Notes under the pieces: generated by a model
Told to the model about the DNA's origin: nothing
What the model saw: only the letters and a program-made list of their open reading frames with translations
Database searches by the model: none
From: Acidimicrobiia bacterium
Lineage (GTDB): Bacteria; Actinomycetota; Acidimicrobiia; Spongiisociales; ZC4RG35
DNA: 64,000 nt
Direction of reading: 5' to 3'
Assembly (NCBI GenBank): GCA_040880725.1
Contig: JBBDHV010000039.1
Coordinates: 6,481 to 70,480, forward strand
Shown here: positions 59,596 to 64,000 of the stretch, one piece after another
Layout: each line of letters opens with the position of its first letter
Position numbering within the stretch: position 1 is the first letter of the stretch
Translations under genes and position numbers: made by a program

Positions 59596-60012
59596 CTACT
59601 TGTTCGTTCTCGCTCCCAGCACCACCTGGGTCTGTGTGACCTTGGCGACCAGGTGGTGATCATTGGTGATCTCGGTCTCGACGACGACGGTGCCCGATCC
59701 GACGTGGAGCGGTCGGGCGACCGCTTCGACGGTGCCGGATTTCACGGCCCGGAGAAAGTTGGTCTTCGACTCGATGGTGGAGGTGCCGTCTGCCCCGGCC
59801 GGGAGGTTCAGGAACGCACAGGCTGCCCCGGCCGAGTCGGCCAGCGCCATGAGCGCACCGCCGTGCAGCACGTCACCGCTCGTGCACAACTCGGGTGCCC
59901 AGTCGAGGGCGAGGACCACTTCGTCGGCGGTGAGGTTCACCGCCCGGATGCCGAGCGTGGCGCACAGTGGCATCGCCTGGCGGATGAAGGCGGTCGGGTC
60001 GTCGGGGGTCAC
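59596..60012 (-). CDS. PaaI-family thioesterase (hotdog fold)
   Basis: Hotdog signature with HGGALMALAD and the catalytic Asp. Confidence 0.75.
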   Translation of the reverse strand: MTPDDPTAFIRQAMPLCATLGIRAVNLTADEVVLALDWAPELCTSGDVLHGGALMALADSAGAACAFLNLPAGADGTSTIESKTNFLRAVKSGTVEAVARPLHVGSGTVVVETEITNDHHLVAKVTQTQVVLGARTNK

Positions 60013-60045
60013 GGCAGCACTCCTGTCAGCCGAGTATCGCCGAGT

Positions 60046-60453
60046 TCATTTCGAAGTGGCGACGAATTCGACCCGGGCGTTGCACCCGGGCACGGCAGCC
60101 AGGGCGGAGTCCCCGGTCACGAACGGGACCTCCAACACCTCAGCGAGGGCGAGGTAGAGACCGTCGTACATCGTCATGTTCCGGCGGAGCTGGAAGGCCC
60201 GATCGACCAGTCGAGTGTGCGGGTATCGGACAATCGGTAGCTCCATCGCGTCGGCCAGGGCTGCTGTCGCCTGCGGCTCGTCGATCTCTCCTCCGAGCTC
60301 GTACCGACGAACGACCTGGCCGATTTCTGCATCGATCAAGTGAGGTGCACACGCCACGGTTCCGGACAGCAGCGAAGCAGCCAGGAAGTCACCGGCCGGG
60401 CTTCCAGGCCCCAGCACCAGGTCGACGACGACCGACGCGTCGACGACGATCAA
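60046..60453 (-). CDS. vapC: PIN-domain ribonuclease toxin VapC
   Basis: N-terminal MIVVDASVVVDL with conserved acidic residues (D5, E42-like, D100-like). 4-nt overlap with the upstream antitoxin gene. Confidence 0.8.
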   Translation of the reverse strand: MIVVDASVVVDLVLGPGSPAGDFLAASLLSGTVACAPHLIDAEIGQVVRRYELGGEIDEPQATAALADAMELPIVRYPHTRLVDRAFQLRRNMTMYDGLYLALAEVLEVPFVTGDSALAAVPGCNARVEFVATSK

Positions 60454-60671
60454 CGGCTGTCGCGTTCAGAGCGCAGCGCTTCCGCGGGCGTTTCGGACAA
60501 TGCGGGGCGGTTCTTCGTCACGATCCGCTCGAGGATCTCATCAACCGGTGGCGTTGCCACGATCCGTTCCATCTCGTGAGCCAGGAAGTCGGAGAGGGAC
60601 ATCCCTGCCCGAGTGGCGCGTGCCTTGAGTTCCTGGTGGATGGCATCGGGAACATTCCGAACCTGGATCAT
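60450..60671 (-). CDS. vapB: VapB-type antitoxin (ribbon-helix-helix)
   Basis: MIQVRNVPDAIHQELKARATRAGMSLSDFL is a typical RHH antitoxin N-terminus. The start is assigned to the internal ATG. Confidence 0.65.
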   Translation of the reverse strand: MIQVRNVPDAIHQELKARATRAGMSLSDFLAHEMERIVATPPVDEILERIVTKNRPALSETPAEALRSERDSR

Positions 60672-60754
60672 CTTGGTCATGTGGTGCACAGTAATTGCAT
60701 GTGCAGCACATGCACTGCCCGAGCCTCCGCGGGGGACACCCCGAACGAGGTTGA

Positions 60755-61663
60755 ATGCATCCGGTGATCCTCGACACGCTGCAACTGATCCTGTCTTCGT
60801 CCGACTTCCTCGGTGCCCTCCCGCTGGCGGGAATCATCCTCGGGGTCGGTACGGGTCTCCTGGTCATCCGCCGACGGTTCCCCGCAGTTCCCGTGGCCGG
60901 GATCGCCTTCGCGGCAGCGGCGATGTACGGGTTGAGTGAAACGCCGGTGGCCTCCGACCCGTTGGTGACGGCGATCGCCGCCTTCGCCGTGGCCGGCCTC
61001 GTCCGCGATGTCATCGAGATTCCCCCGTACGCACAGGTGTTGCTGGCGCTGCCGGGAGCGTGGCTCATCGCAGGCGCCCTCCCCTTCGCCGGTCCCGGAT
61101 GGGTCCTTCCTGTGTGCTTCGTGTTCCTGGCGGTGGGTGCACCTCTCCTTGCCGGGTTCGACCGTTCCCAAACCAGGCCGCCGCTGGGTCCGCTGGTGCT
61201 CGCAATCAGTGTCGGCGCCGCCTACCTGACACTGCCGGACACCGAGGAGATACTGGTCCTCGTTCCGATCGCCGCCGCCATCGCCCTGTGCGCGTGGCCG
61301 CTGGGGACGATGCGTCTGGGCGCGGCCGGTTCGCATGCGGCCCTGGCCGTGGTCGCCGCGGTCGCATCCTGGGACGGCCGGGGACGTCCTGCGGCGATCA
61401 TCGGCGTGATGGCAACGTTCGCAGTGCCGTACGTCTGGGGCGCTCTCGTCGCGTGGGGCGAGCGCGTCCAGCCGGTGACGACGACCTCACGAGTCCTGAC
61501 GCTGGGGACCGTCCACCTGGTGGTGGCGATCATCGCGGCCCGGGTGGTCGGCATCGGGTCCTCGGTGACGACTGCGACCGTGCTCGGTTCGGTCACTCTG
61601 GTGGTGACGGTCGTAGGGCTGACGGCTCTCGGACTGGCCTGGTCGAAGCCCACTGAGTCCTAA
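60755..61663 (+). CDS. Hypothetical polytopic membrane protein (302 aa)
   Basis: About 8 hydrophobic helices rich in Ala/Leu/Val/Gly. No recognised motif. Confidence 0.5.
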   Translation: MHPVILDTLQLILSSSDFLGALPLAGIILGVGTGLLVIRRRFPAVPVAGIAFAAAAMYGLSETPVASDPLVTAIAAFAVAGLVRDVIEIPPYAQVLLALPGAWLIAGALPFAGPGWVLPVCFVFLAVGAPLLAGFDRSQTRPPLGPLVLAISVGAAYLTLPDTEEILVLVPIAAAIALCAWPLGTMRLGAAGSHAALAVVAAVASWDGRGRPAAIIGVMATFAVPYVWGALVAWGERVQPVTTTSRVLTLGTVHLVVAIIAARVVGIGSSVTTATVLGSVTLVVTVVGLTALGLAWSKPTES

Positions 61664-62787
61664 CGCGCGAACGCCGCCCGCACGCCGTCGATCACCCGCT
61701 GGCGTCCTGCTTCTTTCAGTGAGGATCCGCTGGGCAGGCACAAGCCCCGTTCGAAGAGCCCGGCGGAGACCGCTCCCCCGTACATCCGCGCTCCGGTGTA
61801 GAGGGGTTGGAGGTGCATCGGTTTCCACACCGGTCGAGCTTCGATGTCGAGGCTGTCCAGATGGAGACGCACGTCCTCTCGATCGACGCTTGCGATCGCC
61901 GGATCGATCGTGAGGCACGTCAGCCAGAACGTCGACCGCGAACCCGGAGCCTCCGGCATGAACTCGACCCCCGGCAGGTCGCCCAACGCCTCCCGGTACG
62001 CCCGGTTGTGTGCTCGGCGGGCGTCGACCCTGCGCTCGAGGTCTGCGAGTTGGGAGATGCCGAGTCCGGCCAGCAGGTTGGAGAGTCGGTAGTTGTATCC
62101 GAGTTGGGTGTGCTCGTAGTGGACGACCGGTTCCCGGGCTTGTGTTGCCAGGAACCGCGCCTGTCGGGCAGTCTCGGCGGAGTCGGTGACCAGTGCCCCT
62201 CCCCCGCTGGTGGTGATGATCTTGTTGCCGTTGAACGACAGCACCGCCAGGTCCCCGAAGCTGCCCGCAGGACGCTGCCCGTATCGGGCTCCGAGCGCTT
62301 CGGCGGCATCTTCGAAGATGGGAACATCGTGACTGTCACACATCTCGGTGAGCCTGTCGTAGTCCACACACTGGCCGTAGAGGTCCACCGGGATGCACGC
62401 CGCATATCGCTCCCCGGCCGCGGCAGCATCGTCGAGGGCTTGGGCGACCAGTTCGGGGTCCATGTTCCAGGTGTCAGCTTCGCTGTCCACGAAGACGGGT
62501 TCGGCCCCGACGTAGCGCACCGCATTGGCGGTTGCCGCGAACGTGAGCGACGAAACCAGGACCCGGTCCCCCGGTCCGATGCCTGCTGTGACGAGGGCGA
62601 GATGGAGAGCGGCGGTGCCGCTCGAGAGTCCTACCGCGTGACTGCGTCCCGTGGCGGCGGCGAGATCGGCCTCGAAGCGGTCGAGGTCGGGTCCGACGGG
62701 AGCGACCCACCCTCCGTCGAGTGCGGCGATGAGGGCGTCCCGATCCCGGGCGGTGACATCGGGTGGGGACAGGTGAATGCGACTCAT
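61660..62787 (-). CDS. DegT/DnrJ/EryC1/StrS-family PLP-dependent sugar aminotransferase
   Basis: GTAALHLAL, SFNGNKIITTSGGGAL (PLP lysine) and the fold-type I pattern. The start is assigned to the internal ATG (MSRIHLSPPD); the upstream extension is Lys/Arg-rich. Confidence 0.8.
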   Translation of the reverse strand: MSRIHLSPPDVTARDRDALIAALDGGWVAPVGPDLDRFEADLAAATGRSHAVGLSSGTAALHLALVTAGIGPGDRVLVSSLTFAATANAVRYVGAEPVFVDSEADTWNMDPELVAQALDDAAAAGERYAACIPVDLYGQCVDYDRLTEMCDSHDVPIFEDAAEALGARYGQRPAGSFGDLAVLSFNGNKIITTSGGGALVTDSAETARQARFLATQAREPVVHYEHTQLGYNYRLSNLLAGLGISQLADLERRVDARRAHNRAYREALGDLPGVEFMPEAPGSRSTFWLTCLTIDPAIASVDREDVRLHLDSLDIEARPVWKPMHLQPLYTGARMYGGAVSAGLFERGLCLPSGSSLKEAGRQRVIDGVRAAFAR

Positions 62788-63232
62788 CAAGAGATGCGCG
62801 AGGCTAGTTGCGGCGGGGCACACGATTCCGATCGTGGAGGATCTGAGGCCGCTCTTGGGCAACCACGCGAACTTTTTCTTCCGATTGCCACCACAACACG
62901 TGCACAACGCGCCACTCTTGGGAGTGCGTCCCGGTGGTGCCTCCCAGCCCCTCCGGGCCTTTCGGGGTCCGGAGCCCACTCAGCCCCACCGGGGCGCACT
63001 CCTTCGACAGCGCACCACGCCGTGACCTCGCGTCAAGGTGACGTTGTGCGGCTCGTCATGTGACTAGTCCTTCGCCGACCCAGACGGTTACTTGCCTTCT
63101 CGACGACTGGCGCCCCTCATCTTGCACCCGCCTGGCGACACGTCGAAGTTCTCGGTTCCAGGACAGCTCGCGAAATACGACGTCCGGCGTATGGACCCCA
63201 ACTTCCCGCATCCATAGGCTGGACACTTCACG

Positions 63233-63832
63233 ATGCCAACGCGCCCCGCGTCCGCAACTGACGGCCTCACCCGTCGCCAGGTTCTCAAGCGTGGAGCCGC
63301 GCTCGGGGCGGCATCCCTGTGGACGACGCCGGCGCTCCAACTCGTTCGGATGTCGAGTGCCCGCGCGGCCGAAACGAGCGGTTCGACGTGTGTCACCTAC
63401 TGCATCAAGTGGGACGTCAGCAACCAAGCCTGGGAGTCTCTGGGCAACGGTGCCCAGGCCTGCCTCACCTGTCCCCCGGGCGCCCTGAACGACACCCCGC
63501 CGGATACCCTGCTCAACCAGTTCACCGTCTCGGGTGACCCCGAGGTATCACTGACCGTCAGGTATCCGTCGTCCTGCTCGCTCCTCGTCCTTGACGCTTT
63601 GGACGAGATCACCAACAACGCCACCGCTGCGGGCAAGTGCGGCACGAACCGCGGCCCCTTCGCGGGCCTCAGTGCGTGCAGTTACGTCAGTCACGAGAAC
63701 CAGGAGATGGACGGCCTAAACGCCGGAACCGGTGAGTTCTTCCTCCTCGAGATTCCCGTATGCGAAAACGGCAGAGGAATCTCCCACATCGAAATGATCG
63801 TTCAGTGTTGCGACCATGAGACCAGCGCGTAG
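63233..63832 (+). CDS. Cys-rich TAT-secreted protein (199 aa), hypothetical
   Basis: Twin-arginine leader TRRQVLKRGAALGAASLWTTPALQLVRMSSARAAE, homologous to the leader of the 56027 gene. The mature part has 11 Cys (CVTYC, CLTCPPG, QCCDHE). Confidence 0.55.
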   Translation: MPTRPASATDGLTRRQVLKRGAALGAASLWTTPALQLVRMSSARAAETSGSTCVTYCIKWDVSNQAWESLGNGAQACLTCPPGALNDTPPDTLLNQFTVSGDPEVSLTVRYPSSCSLLVLDALDEITNNATAAGKCGTNRGPFAGLSACSYVSHENQEMDGLNAGTGEFFLLEIPVCENGRGISHIEMIVQCCDHETSA

Positions 63833-63848
63833 TGTCAGGAATCAGACC

Positions 63849-64000
63849 ATGAGTCCACAGACCACAGCACAGGCGGGACTGACCCGCAGGGACATCCTCA
63901 AGCGGGGTGCAGTCCTCGGTGGCGCGCTCGTGTGGGTCACTCCGGCCGTTCAGATCGTCGGTATGGGCCGAGCGAAAGCCCAGATACCCAGCCCGGGTTG
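63849..64000 (+). CDS. Third TAT-leader paralogue; N-terminus only, truncated by the window edge
   Basis: MSPQTTAQAGLTRRDILKRGAVLGGALVWVTPAVQIVGMGRAKAQIPSPG, with the same conserved leader architecture. Confidence 0.45.
   Translation, partial: MSPQTTAQAGLTRRDILKRGAVLGGALVWVTPAVQIVGMGRAKAQIPSPG

Overview
This is a high-GC (about 70%) Actinomycetota chromosomal segment. Mycothiol synthase MshD and the PimA/PatA/PgsA1 phosphatidylinositol-mannoside genes support that placement. It is almost entirely housekeeping genes in tight, mostly minus-strand operons. The gene order resembles the Mycobacterium Rv2534c-Rv2614c neighbourhood plus an E. coli-like queA-tgt-yajC-secDF unit. In window order: carA' (5'-truncated), pyrC, pyrB, pyrR, nusB, efp, aroB|aroC, prepilin peptidase, mltG-ruvX-alaS, rarA, aspS-hisS, relA-apt-secFD-yajC-tgt-queA, ruvBAC, yebC, pdxTS, pimA-acyltransferase-pgsA1 and thrS.

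The accessory and unusual content is:
- Two 99%-identical copies of a 162-bp TA-targeting MITE, each inserted exactly in a TAG stop codon at a gene junction.
- A palindromic G7-CGA-C6 hairpin repeat family of about 105 bp, with six copies in two intergenic clusters.
- A frameshifted queA.
- A conservon (cvnABCD) signalling operon, convergent with two tandem Ala/Glu-rich coiled-coil genes.
- A 1.3-kb cassette at the 3' end of pncA flanked by 137-bp direct repeats, leaving a displaced pncA 3' remnant. The cassette carries the first of three paralogous secreted proteins that share a conserved TAT leader of about 45 residues.
- A PlsY-UPF0104 fusion, a VapBC toxin-antitoxin pair, an Fe-ADH/enolase/PQQ-dehydrogenase operon, and an EF-G2-gltA-ferritin insertion.

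No rRNA, tRNA or CRISPR features were seen. Coordinates of non-ORF features were counted by hand and are approximate (about +/-2 bp).
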